From the human T2T-CHM13v2.0 reference genome, Homo sapiens: 64,000 nt of DNA. The position numbers and the translations under genes are program-made. Of this stretch, positions 1 to 10,145 are shown piece after piece. Under the pieces are notes generated by a model. That model made no database searches. It had not been told where the DNA came from and was given only the letters and a program-made list of their open reading frames with translations. The stretch's first letter is position 1. Each line of letters begins with the position of its first letter. The stretch is taken from the NCBI RefSeq assembly GCF_009914755.1, contig NC_060932.1, one strand, 5' to 3'.

Positions 1-984
1 GGCAGCCGCAGGAAGGTCAGCTAGCTGCAGGAAACACCCCTCATACAGCTCCAGGCTGACCTCACACAGCTCCAGGCTGACCGCATTCTCTGTGCTTGGA
101 ATGTGCTTCTGCTCCTCTCTGCCTTCCTCTGGGAATAGCAGTTCTCCTGGAGGAGGGAGCTGCTGATGGCTCTTTCCATTGCCTCTTTGAGATGCAAATT
201 CCCTGACCCAGGGGCACCCCCTCTGTGGGCTGCTCTCTCCCCTGCCAGGCCAAACAATCACTGCCTGGCAGCCACTGGGGCTGGTGGCTCCTTCATTACC
301 TGCCTCACCATGCACCTGGTGGGTTCTTTCCCAGCTGCTGGCTCCCCCAGGGACAGGAGAGGCCGGGCCCTTGCCAGCTGATGTGGGTTCCTGCGTGGCC
401 CGTGCTGGCTGCTCACAGGCGGGCACTGCTGCCGCTGCTGCACCTGCACTTCCTTTCTTGCTCATCTTTGTCAAGGAGGATGCCTGGGGCTGCGGCTCCT
501 CTGCACCCTTCCCGAAACCTGTCAGCCCTTTTGGGGACTGGGCACAGATGGCAGGTCCTGCAGCTCCTCTCATCTTTCTGTTCAGAAGCCATCCTGTCCG
601 GCTCAGGCCAGGTGGCGAGGGGAATCAGCCCCGGCCTCAGGGTTCACACCCTCTTCCCTCCCTGACAGCCATGTGGGCTGATGTCCCCCAGCTGTGCTGA
701 ACGCCAAGGTGACCATCAACCACCAGTCACTCAAATGAGGAGGCTTTGATCAGAGGTGAATGGCTCAGCTGTGAGGTGTCATTTGCTGGGCTGGAGTGAG
801 GCCCAAGAGGGTTGTTCAGTCCTGGGGGTCCCCAGGGACGGGTCTGGGCCTTGCATCTGTCCTCAGGAGCAGCCAGGGGGCAATGGCAGCGCCGTGCTTT
901 CTGGGCAGTGGGGCATGTGCTGGGACCACCCCAGCATCGCCTACCGACGTCCTTCTACCATCCACGAACACATCGCCACAGTCC
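1..984 (-). pseudogene. Probable large low-complexity exon; 624 to 1 is 208 stop-free codons running off the edge
   Basis: Acceptor-like ttctag|GGAC at 984. Manual translation ...MRGAAGPAICAQSPKG...ENAVSLELCEVSLELYEGCFLQLADLPAAA has no stop. It is absent from the ORF track because it has no stop inside the window. Confidence 0.4.
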
Positions 985-1267
985 CTAGAACCCAGCACTT
1001 GAGGGGGCAGTGGCCACCAGACTTTAGCCACTGGGCCACCAGTTCCTGCCCAGACATAAGACAAAAGGGGAAGCTGAGGTTGCCCACAGCCACTATGAGC
1101 TGCACTGGGACTCTGCTGGTGCGACCCGGAAGAAAGGAGGGGCTGAGGCTGAAGCACCAGCCAAAATGGCTTCCATGGGCTGCTGGGCTGGATCCTCAAC
1201 AGATGACTCCAGGGTGCAGTCTGTAGTGGCTGAACCATTCCAGGTGTCCACAGTGGCACAGGACATT

Positions 1268-1362
1268 GTGTGTATGTACATGTGGGCATGCAGGTGCACA
1301 CATGTCTGTGGGTGCATGTGTGTGAATGGGAGTATGCATGTGTGTGCATGAGTGTGAAGTGT
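1268..1362. repeat. Degenerate TG-rich tract
   Basis: tgtgtgtatgtacatgtg... alternating purine/pyrimidine. Confidence 0.8.
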
Positions 1363-1512
1363 GCGGAGTGGAACTGGCCCTGTAGAACAGGGGTCCACCT
1401 CAGCCGCTCTCTTAAGGCTCCACACTAGCCTGGCTTCAGCTACCTTCTCCATCTTGGTGGTCCCAAAGTGCTACAGCCAACTGTCATTTATCTTTGAGCA
1501 TCAAATATGAAT

Positions 1513-1515
<3 letters not shown>

Positions 1516-1551
<36 letters not shown>
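1516..1551. repeat. (CA)18 microsatellite
   Basis: Perfect CA run. Confidence 0.97.
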
Positions 1552-1554
<3 letters not shown>

Positions 1555-2099
1555 CTATCCATTCATGCATCTGCCCATTTATCTAACGGAGCCCCTTCCT
1601 CCTGCATCTGGCCATTGGTGGCATCTCAGCCCGGGTGTCTGACGCTGAGCTCTTCCTCCCTGCCAGGCACCCGCCTCCCTCCTGGGTGCTCCCCGTCCCT
1701 GAGCCCACTGCATCCTTTGCTGTGGCCCTGACCCCTCCACCTGCAAGGCCAGCCTGGCCTAGGCTAGAAGCCCGGGGGGCTCAGCGATGCTGGGGATGGC
1801 TCAGGCCTCATCTTGCAGCTCTAGGCCCAGGTGGGCTCATGACCCCTGTGACCTGCTAAGCCTCAGCCCCCTCTGTCACACAAATGCAGTTCATATCTCA
1901 CCTGGGTTCCATACACCCCGACCCCCCACCAGGCCCACAGTGTGAATCCTGCACCCATCAGGGAGGCAGGGATAGGTGGGCCACCGGGGTGTGGGTGCTG
2001 GGCTGGGGCCTGGGGGAGCCTAGAAGAGGAAGTGTCCTCACTGTGTGGACAAAAATGGGAGGCTGGTACCCCTGTCTGGAGGGGTAGGGAGTGGCTGAG

Positions 2100-2268
2100 A
2101 TGTGGAGCTGCAGAGCTCAGGTGCTGAGCTCAGGTGTGGAGCTCAGGTGGGGAAGCTCAGGTGGGGAAGCTCAGGTGGGGAAGCTCAGGTGTGGAGCTCA
2201 GATGTGAAGCTCAGGTGGGGAAGCTCAGGTGCAGAGCTCAGGTGCAGAGCTCAGGTGCGGAGCTCAGG
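2100..2268. repeat. 13-14 bp minisatellite (AGCTCAGGTG core), about 12 copies
   Basis: Tandem gagctcaggtgca / aagctcaggtgggg units. Confidence 0.95.
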
Positions 2269-2760
2269 CCGCGGGCAGGCCCCACAGTGTGGAAGCCAGC
2301 AGGATGGAGCTGAGACAGAGCTCAGAAGGAACCAGTGGCTGGGAGTGCTTGGCAGATGACAGGACAGCCACCGATCCAGGGTCGCCCCGGTGCAGAGGTG
2401 CCAGGCACGCCCTGCATTCCTGGTGCTGACTCCAGAGGAAGGTTCAGTAAGTTGGGGACGCAGAGTTCCTCAGGAGCACCTGTGCCCTGAAGACAGAGCA
2501 GCTGGTGGGAGAAGGACCAGAGCAGAGACTTCCGGAGACCCAGGCAGGAAGGAAGTCCTTAAGAAGGGAAAAGTCTTTGCCATGGTGGGGGTGGGGGTCA
2601 GCCCGTGTGTAGGTCTGGGTGGGTAGGAGAGCTTCCCAGCAAGGAAGACTGACTGGCATATGCAGGCCAGGAATGAGACAGCACCCCTGCCCCAATCTTC
2701 CCCCACAGCTGACCGCCCCTCAGATACTGACTGAGGCCTCCATCAAGCCCAGATCTTCAC

Positions 2761-3596
2761 CTGCAAGCTGGGTACACTTCCCCCGACGCCCACAGCTCAG
2801 TCCTAGAGGTCCCCAGGCTCCAGCCTCACTGGCCCCAGCAGCCTCCTTCTTTGTCTGTCCTCCAGCCCCCAACCCCATGTGAAGGCCAGGAAGCCCCTGC
2901 ACGCCTCTCCCTGGAGCCCAGCCCAACTGTGGCAAAGGTCATGCCCCAACATCAGAAAGCTGGGGTTCACAGCTCTCCCCTGTCCACCTTGGCACCCCCA
3001 GGCAGGTTGGAGACTTCCCCCGGGGACTCTGAAATGAGACGGCCTCAGGACCCCCATCCCTGGCTGGGTGGCAGCAGGGTTTGCTGCCTGGAGGTAACAC
3101 TCCAAGAAAGCAAGACTATGACGTAGATGGCTCGAGAGGCAGCTCCATGCTGCCTGCAGGTCTGTGGTGGCCCAGCTATGGCTCAGGGTTCCCATGCTCC
3201 ACGTTGCTGCACCAGCTTCCAGCAAGGCCTTCTGCGTGCAGCTCCCGGCAGCTGTCACAGGCCTGGGGCTTGACATGACAATTATTCCCTCGCCACCCTT
3301 GGAGGTGCCCTCGCCACCCCTGGGGGCAGAGCTGCCGCTGACAGGAGTGATGGAAGGAGAGGCTGCGTGGCCGCGCTGCTGCCGCTCAAACACCTCGAAG
3401 CCCACAGCTTCGAGGACAGGCGCTGGAAAGCCAGTGCCAGCTGCGCCAACTCAGCCGTCTGTCTCAGGCAGGCACCGTCTGCTGTGGCCGGCGGGTGGTG
3501 TGTCTGGGCCGGCTCTGCTCTAGATGCCGCTAAGGTGCAGGAGGCATGGCTGCTGCCCTCTGGGAGCTCGTCCTGGGGTGTCCGTGTGACACGGAC
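2761..3596 (-). pseudogene. Relic large exon: CCDC141 exon 7-like and exon 8-like sequence plus a spectrin-repeat helix
   Basis: gcag| then 63 open codons ending ALAFQRLSSK (CCDC141 exon 7: 65 codons ending ANEFFNSANK). Frameshift into GFEVFER (vs AFDVLGR). DLQAAWSCLSSHLRHSLAFLECYLQ has spectrin helix-C spacing L-x3-W-x2-L-x10-LE-x2-L. Possible donor CAG|GTGAAG at 2761. Confidence 0.6.
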
Positions 3597-3839
3597 CTGC
3601 CCATGCAAGGTGCTCAGACCCCCTCCACCTCAGAGTTCTCACCTGAAAAGTGGGGATAATAACCGTCTCCACATTACAACCGGGAGGACCAACTCAGGCT
3701 CACTCATTCAGAAAACACACCTGGGGCCCCAGCATCTGGTTATCAGGCCTGGTGATGGGATTTGCCACCAACCGAGGGACTGGATGATGAGTGTGTCTGG
3801 CTCAGGGCCAGGGGCTGAGATGTCCTAAGCCCAGACAAC

Positions 3840-3959
3840 AGCAGACAGCCAGGCACTAGCAGGGACTCCAGCATGGGCTCCTCATCAGCCAGGCTTCAGT
3901 CCTGACGTCGGACCTTCCAGGCGAGGCTGCACCTGTCCTGGACATGGCCAGCTCGTCAC
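3840..3959 (-). pseudogene. Relic exon similar to CCDC141 exon 6
   Basis: ttcccag|GTGACGAGCTGG = VTSW vs VTCW at the exon start; LEGPTSGL-(+1)-SLADEE vs LQEQSLGSSLSDNE. Confidence 0.6.
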
Positions 3960-4009
3960 CTGGGAACCACCCTGTTTCTTTGCCTTCCAGCGCTGATCGC
4001 TCCTTGAAA

Positions 4010-4147
4010 TCACATCTGTGTGTTGCCTGTCTATTGCCCAGCTACTCTGAGACATTCGGCACCCAAGGGCTAGCTTTCTGCCTATGTTGATCACTGCTGA
4101 ATCCCTAGAATAGTTGGTGCTCAATTCATGTTTGTTGAATGAATTGA
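4010..4147 (+). mobile_element. L2 3' end fragment
   Basis: ...ggtgctcaattcatgtttgttgaatgaattgaa, typical L2 terminus. Confidence 0.7.
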
Positions 4148-4794
4148 AGTTGGCCAGGCAGACACTCAGGCCCAGAGAGCAGGATGGAAGTCATACATGG
4201 GACCACAGTGGGCCCTCCCTGCTGACCCAGGTAAGGAGGGCCCTCCTGCCCACAGATAGGATGGGACTGAGTCTGGGGAAACCGAGGCTGCTGGAGGGAG
4301 GAAGCTAAGCTTTCTCCCCTGTGTGATGGGAGATGCTGGGGAGTGAGCCTGGTAGTTCCTGAGCACCCATCTCGGAGTCCAGCAAAACACCCTGTGTCAT
4401 TGTGTCATTGAAAACTTGAGGAAGAGAATTGAGCCCTTGTGAGACATCAGGTCCCCCAGCCTACGCGCCTCTGTGTGTCCATCCTCAGCTCCATGCTCCA
4501 GCAATAAACCTGGGAGTCTTTCTTCATCCAGACCTAGGGAGGCCAGCCCAGGCCAGGGATGGGGAAGAGAGATCAGGGCCCTCCCGATTCCCTACCTTTC
4601 ACAAGCCCCTAGTCTGAATGAAGGGCTGGAATCGGCCCATGGGCACAGCCAGGCAGTCGTGCAAGAGCATGCAAATGTGGACGTGTGGCCAGCTGGACAC
4701 ATTCCCAGCAGTGGCACAATGGTGTGCCCACAATGGCAGCAGCCCTGGGGCCAGAGAGCTGGGCTGACCCTACTCCACTTCCTGCTTCTCCGTC

Positions 4795-4960
4795 TCACTG
4801 TATGACTCCCCGGTGCTTGGGCCCCTCATCTCCAGTAGAGGGTTGATAACAGCTGTTGCCCTGAGGGTTATGTGAGCAGGGGAGGGTGCGGAGGCAGCTT
4901 GTGGCATGCCACGGGCTTTGAGAAATGTGACCTCACCACTTCCTATCATCATTGTTAATA
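4795..4960 (+). mobile_element. MIR fragment
   Basis: cccctcatctccagtagagggttgataacagctgttgccctgagggttatgtgag resembles the MIR core. Confidence 0.5.
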
Positions 4961-5479
4961 ATGAGACGTGGAACCCGGAAGATCAAATATTCTTGACCTT
5001 TCAGGGTCTTGAAGACAAGCAGGAGGTGAGGCTTTCAAAAAGCAAGGATTGGAAGTAGAGAGGGCTGGGCAGGCCTGCCAGCTGCAGACCCCAGGGAGAC
5101 AGACTTCAACCAGCTGGGGAAGCAGAGCGAGAGGAGGCCCAACGAGGAGGCCAAAGGCAGATTTGAGGGAACAAGAAGGAGACTCAGCGGCAGGGTCCCA
5201 GACAGCCCCAGGGGGATGGGAGGGCTGGGCAGGGGCTGGGACAACTCTGCCTGTAGCCCAGCCCTAATGGCGCATCCTATCTGCTGCCTTGCCTGAGAGC
5301 CAGGAGGACGACTGGGAGCTCCTGGGCCCCAGGCCAGATAGATGGGAACACTGTCCACACCTTGCTCACGGCCGTCAACCATGCATCCGGTTGAAACTAG
5401 GACTCTCATACTGCATTGTGATCTGATCATTAATAAAAGAATGCTGATTTGTAAAAAAAAAAGTGCCTCAACTTCTTAC

Positions 5480-5669
5480 GCACAGCCTAATTTGGGCCTC
5501 ACACACCCCAGAGGGGAGACCCTGTGGTCCTACAGCCTCAAGAAGAAAGCAAGTCTTTCGGGCTCTGCAATCTCTCCCTGGGAGGCCCCACTCCACCGCA
5601 CAGGTGGTAGAGGCACGCCCAGGTGCCATCTCTTGGCACTGATTCAACAATGGCTGGAGCAGCTTCTCC
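5480..5669 (-). pseudogene. Relic exon similar to CCDC141 exon 5
   Basis: Ungapped LLNQCQEMAPGRASTTCAVEWGLPGRDCRARKTCF vs [35 protein letters not shown], then LLE-(frameshift)-L*DHR vs LLELLQDRR. AG at 5671-5670; donor GTAAGA at 5479. Confidence 0.6.
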
Positions 5670-5840
5670 CTGACAGGCACCCACAGTGGCCACCCTATGC
5701 GGACCTTACCTCCCTCCAGTAACCCAGAGTGGACAGGCAGGACTAACACATCCTGGAGACATGTGGACAATGAAGCCCAGAGAGGGAGAAGTTCAAGGTG
5801 ATATGGCGGGTCAATGGCTGGTGCCGGAACAGAAGCACCA

Positions 5841-5953
5841 CCCCAGTCCTTCCCACCAGCCTCCCAACTGCTGAAGCACTTTCTCGTCTTTGGGGGCCAG
5901 GGCAGGACTACAGATAGCCAGGATTTGAAGACTGAAAGGCTTCAGGGTGGAAA
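5841..5953 (-). pseudogene. Relic exon similar to CCDC141 exon 4
   Basis: Acceptor ctccttctccacaccccag|TTT. With one 1-nt deletion, KVLQQL sits at codons 25-30, where CCDC141 has KSLLQL. Length about 110 nt vs 109. Confidence 0.4.
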
Positions 5954-6007
5954 CTGGGGTGTGGAGAAGGAGCACACCCTGGAAGACACAATCTGAGGTC
6001 TCAGAAC

Positions 6008-6100
6008 CCACCAGCCCTATCCCACCCAGGCCGCTGGGGGACACTCATCTCCTCCCACCAGCCCTATCCCACCCAGGCTGCTGGGGAACACTCTCATCTC
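6008..6100. repeat. About 46-bp tandem duplication
   Basis: cccaccagccctatcccacccaggc(c/t)gctgggg.acactc twice. Confidence 0.9.
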
Positions 6101-6127
6101 CTTCCAATGGCTCATTGTCTCAATGGT

Positions 6128-6262
6128 ACACACATAAGCACACACTCACATGCATGCTCACCTGGATGCACACCCACAGTCACACACATGGAAACACACA
6201 CTCGTACAGTCATGCATCCTCATACACACACACATTCACATGCAGCACAAGTCACACACATG
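6128..6262. repeat. Degenerate CA-rich tract
   Basis: acacacataagcacacactcacatgc... Confidence 0.8.
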
Positions 6263-6269
6263 AGAAATG

Positions 6270-6468
6270 GGCTGCTCAGAGTCAATTGTCTACTTTGACA
6301 GATAATGTAGTCCAGGTTCCCAGAGTTCTTCAGGGAAGGATTTGGGCCAAGTTATAAGGAAACAGTCTGCTAATACACCCTCTCTTAATCACCATCTGAT
6401 CCTCTTCTTCCTGTCTCTTCTCCCTTCAATGCCTGCTGAGCAGGACTACAGACTCGGTTCTGTTCAAG
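6270..6468 (-). pseudogene. Relic exon similar to CCDC141 exon 3
   Basis: Pyrimidine tract tttcttcctgttcttac, then LEQNRVCSPAQQALKGEE vs ALEDRVWELLQEADKTAEE (R,V,Q,A,K identical ungapped; TGT in place of TGG). Later RVY* vs QVYD in a shifted frame. Confidence 0.5.
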
Positions 6469-7134
6469 TAAGAACAGGAAGAAACGTAGAGCTACTGGGC
6501 AATAGGACAGATGATTCAGGGAGTGGGCAGTGGATGTTCTGTGGGGAAGGATAGGTGAGTTGGTCCAAGAACGTGGAAAGCTGGACCAGACTAGTACAAA
6601 GCCATCTGTGCACTCAGGGATCTGCTCAGATTCTGTGAGGAGGCTCCTGCTCTTGACAAGATGGAACAAAACGTACAGGATTATCTCTCTTACTTGGAAT
6701 AACAAACAAATAAACAAAATCCATAAAACAATGATTTTCAAGACATTGGACATCAGGCAGTAAAGGACAGTGCTCTCAGAGAGATGGCAAAAAGCAAGCT
6801 GAGCCCTCCAGTTGTGATGGTTTCTGCCTTGACAGAGTTTCCAGGTCCTGATGGGGGAGGGGAAACCAAGGCAGAGTCCTGTGGACTCCCTGAATTGAAG
6901 AGATGGATCTGAGAATCTGGGAGATCAAGAGGGTTTTAGTTTGCAGGGCAGAGCACTGGACAGGGGCAGCTGCACAGAGAGGGAACTCTGGGATCTGCAG
7001 GGGGTCTCTTGAGTATTCAGCATAGCACAGATCAACACAGGCATGTGAGGAGGCAACTCAAGGTCAAGGCAAAATACCACCTGAATGGATTAGAAGGAAC
7101 AGCAACTGGAGCTCACACAGGGCCAGGGATAGAG

Positions 7135-7268
7135 CCAGCTCCATCAGCCTGACTAGAAAACCTCTTCATCCGCAGGGTATCATCCACAGTCTGGTCTTGC
7201 CCCAGCTCCATCAGCCTGACTAGAAAACCTCTTCATCCACAGGGTATCATCCACAGTCTGATCTTGCC
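7135..7268. repeat. 67-bp tandem duplication inside L1
   Basis: ccagctccatcagcctgactagaaaacctc...tcttgcc twice, two mismatches. Confidence 0.93.
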
Positions 7269-8313
7269 TTGGTTACGGGGAATAATTCACCCTAAGCTGG
7301 ACACCACTCTAGTTCCATCCAGCAAATCTTAAAGGCAAGACACAAAATGATCAAAGTAGTTCCCAAAACAAAGACCAAGATTTATAGGAATACAAAACTC
7401 TCCAACACCTAACAAGATAAAAATTCACAATGTCTAGCATCCAATGCAAAATCATGAGACAAGGAAAGAAGCAGGAAAATGCAGTTTATAACGAGGATCA
7501 AAGGATCAAAGCAGACTCAGAACTGCAGGGATATTAGAATTAGTGGACAAGGACCTATAATTATAGCCGTATTCTATCTGCAATGTCCAAAACATTACAG
7601 GAATGATTGAGCATGCTCAATAGAGACATGGAAAATAAAAAGAAGACCCAAAACCAAACTTCCAGAGCTAAGAGCTACAAAGTCTGGTAAGAAAAAGTCA
7701 CTGAATGTGGTTAATGATAGATTACAGATCGCAGAAGAAAAGATCAGTGAACTCGATGACTTGGCAATAGAAACTATTCAAAATGAAATACACAGAAAAA
7801 AATCTTAAAAATTAGCAGAGCTTTAGTGAGGTGCTTATTTGACAATGACAAGCAGCCTAATACATGTATCTGAGGTGCCTAAAGGTGGGAGCAGGAGGAA
7901 GAGAAAGAATTGAATAAATAATGGCTGAAAAATTTCCAAATTTGATGGAAACTATAAGACCACAGATGCAAAAATTTCAAAAAACAAACAAAAAACCCAA
8001 GCACAAGAAACACTGAGAAAACTACACCGAGCCACATCATAACCAAAATTCTCAAACCCGGTGATGAACAGAAAACCTTAAAAAAATAAAAAGACGTATT
8101 TCACGTAGAGGAACATAGGTAAGGATGGCAATAGATTTCTTGCTGGAAACAATGTATCACAAGAAGATTGTGCAGCTACATCTTCTTTAAAGGAATGAAG
8201 GGGGAAAATCCCTGTCAACCTCAAATTCTATACCCGGAAAAAACGTCTTTCAGAAGCCAAAGGCAAAACAAAGACTTTTTAGCCATACAAAGCTAAAAAA
8301 GCTACCACCTGCT

Positions 8314-8773
<460 letters not shown>

Positions 8774-8780
8774 TTAAAGA

Positions 8781-8885
8781 CCCTATGGTGCGGCCATGTG
8801 TGGCTGGGTGGGAGCCAGCCTGTGGCAGCATCAGGGCGTAGCCCAGGGCCAGCGTTCCGTGGTAAGCACAGGTTGAGTTAGGGCT
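8781..8885 (-). pseudogene. Possible relic of a CCDC141 exon 2-like segment
   Basis: LNLCL...LALGY(S)PDAATGWL vs VQLQL...LEIGSSQDETKKLL. Needs indels; position is collinear. Confidence 0.25.
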
Positions 8886-8914
8886 GGTGGTTGATATAGT
8901 AGAGGATTGTTTGA

Positions 8915-9301
8915 TGTGTCAGTCAGCCCAGGCTGCCATCACAGCACACATAGGCTGGGGGACTTCAACAGCCGAGGTATTTTTCTCACAGCTCTGGGAA
9001 GCTGGAAGTCTGAGATGGAGATGTTGGTAGTGTTGGTTTCTTCAGACGCCTCGCTCCTTGGCCTGTAGACGGCCGCCTTCTCCCTGTGTCCTTGTGTGGT
9101 CTTCCCTCTGTGTGTGTCTGTCTCCTAACCTTCTCTCCTTTAAGGACACCAGGCAGATTGGTTGAGGGCCCACCCGAAGGACCTCATTTTGACTTAATCA
9201 CCTCTTTGAAGGCACTATCTCCAAATACAGTCATATTCTGAGGCACTGGGGGTCAGGCTTCAGCACATAAATGTTAGAGGGGACACAACTTAGCCCATAC
9301 A
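8915..9301 (-). mobile_element. MaLR solo LTR (MLT1A/B-like)
   Basis: ggctgccatcacagc...ctcacagctctggga...tctccaaatacagtcatattctgagg...acacaacttagcccataca. Confidence 0.88.
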
Positions 9302-9859
9302 GTTGGTGATCAGGACCTGAGGCAGGCTCATGAGAACTCAGGAGGACCTGAGGTTTGAGAGGCCGCAGGAGGGGAACACTCTCCGTCCGCGCACGGGAGG
9401 CACCATGGCTCTGGGCTGGCTCTGTGGAAGACAGTGACTGCCTGTACCCAGGTGGGCTCCGGGGTCCTCCTCTGGCTCTGGGGAAGGCAGTCAAGTTGCC
9501 CTGAAACCTTGGCCCAGCATCCCGGGAACCAAGAGCCCCATCTGTTCAGGTAAATGAGTCAACAGATGGGGCCAAGAGCCCCCGCGGCTGCCCGAGAAAG
9601 CCCTGCACGTCTCCAGCCCTCGCTGCAGCCGCCCACTCCGAGGAAGGCTGTGAACCTTTCCTGACCTCTGCTTGCCGCCAGTTCCTGGCCCTTTGTGGGA
9701 AGTCCCAGGATTAAACACCACTTGGGGTTTATTTACTCAGCTCTGACAACCACAGAAATCAATGCTGCCGTGAACTTCTGGCCGAATCTTTTATGACTGC
9801 TTTTAATGTCTGACTTTTAAGCACTGGGACTTCCTCTGGAGGGCCTGCTTCTGTCTGCA

Positions 9860-10145
9860 GGTGTGAGTGCACGCTTGTGCATGCGCAGGCCAAATGTGTT
9901 CCTTTTTCGAAGCATACATGGCCTGAATGCCCGTGTGAGGTTGGGTGTGTTCACATGTTTGCACGTGTGTTTATCATGTTGGCAGGTATGCCTGCTCAAA
10001 AGGATCTGCCAGGTGTGTGCTCACGGGCCCTGATCACATATGAACACAGCTGTGTGTATGTGGCTGGAGGCTATCCAGGTGTGCATGTGTGTGTCCATGC
10101 TCATGTGCACAGGCATGTGTGTGCTCCAGGGAGCAGGTGCACAGC
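9860..10145. repeat. Degenerate TG-rich tract
   Basis: gtgtgagtgcacgcttgtgcatg...gtgcatgtgtgtg. Confidence 0.7.

Larger units (their letters stand above)
1..6470 (-). pseudogene. Degenerate multi-exon CCDC141-like (spectrin-repeat) gene; runs off the left edge and may extend 5' to about 9770
   Basis: Collinear minus-strand segments after AG acceptors resemble CCDC141 exons 3-8 (recalled from memory) and contain frameshifts and stops. Details are in the exon features. No search was run. Confidence 0.6.
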
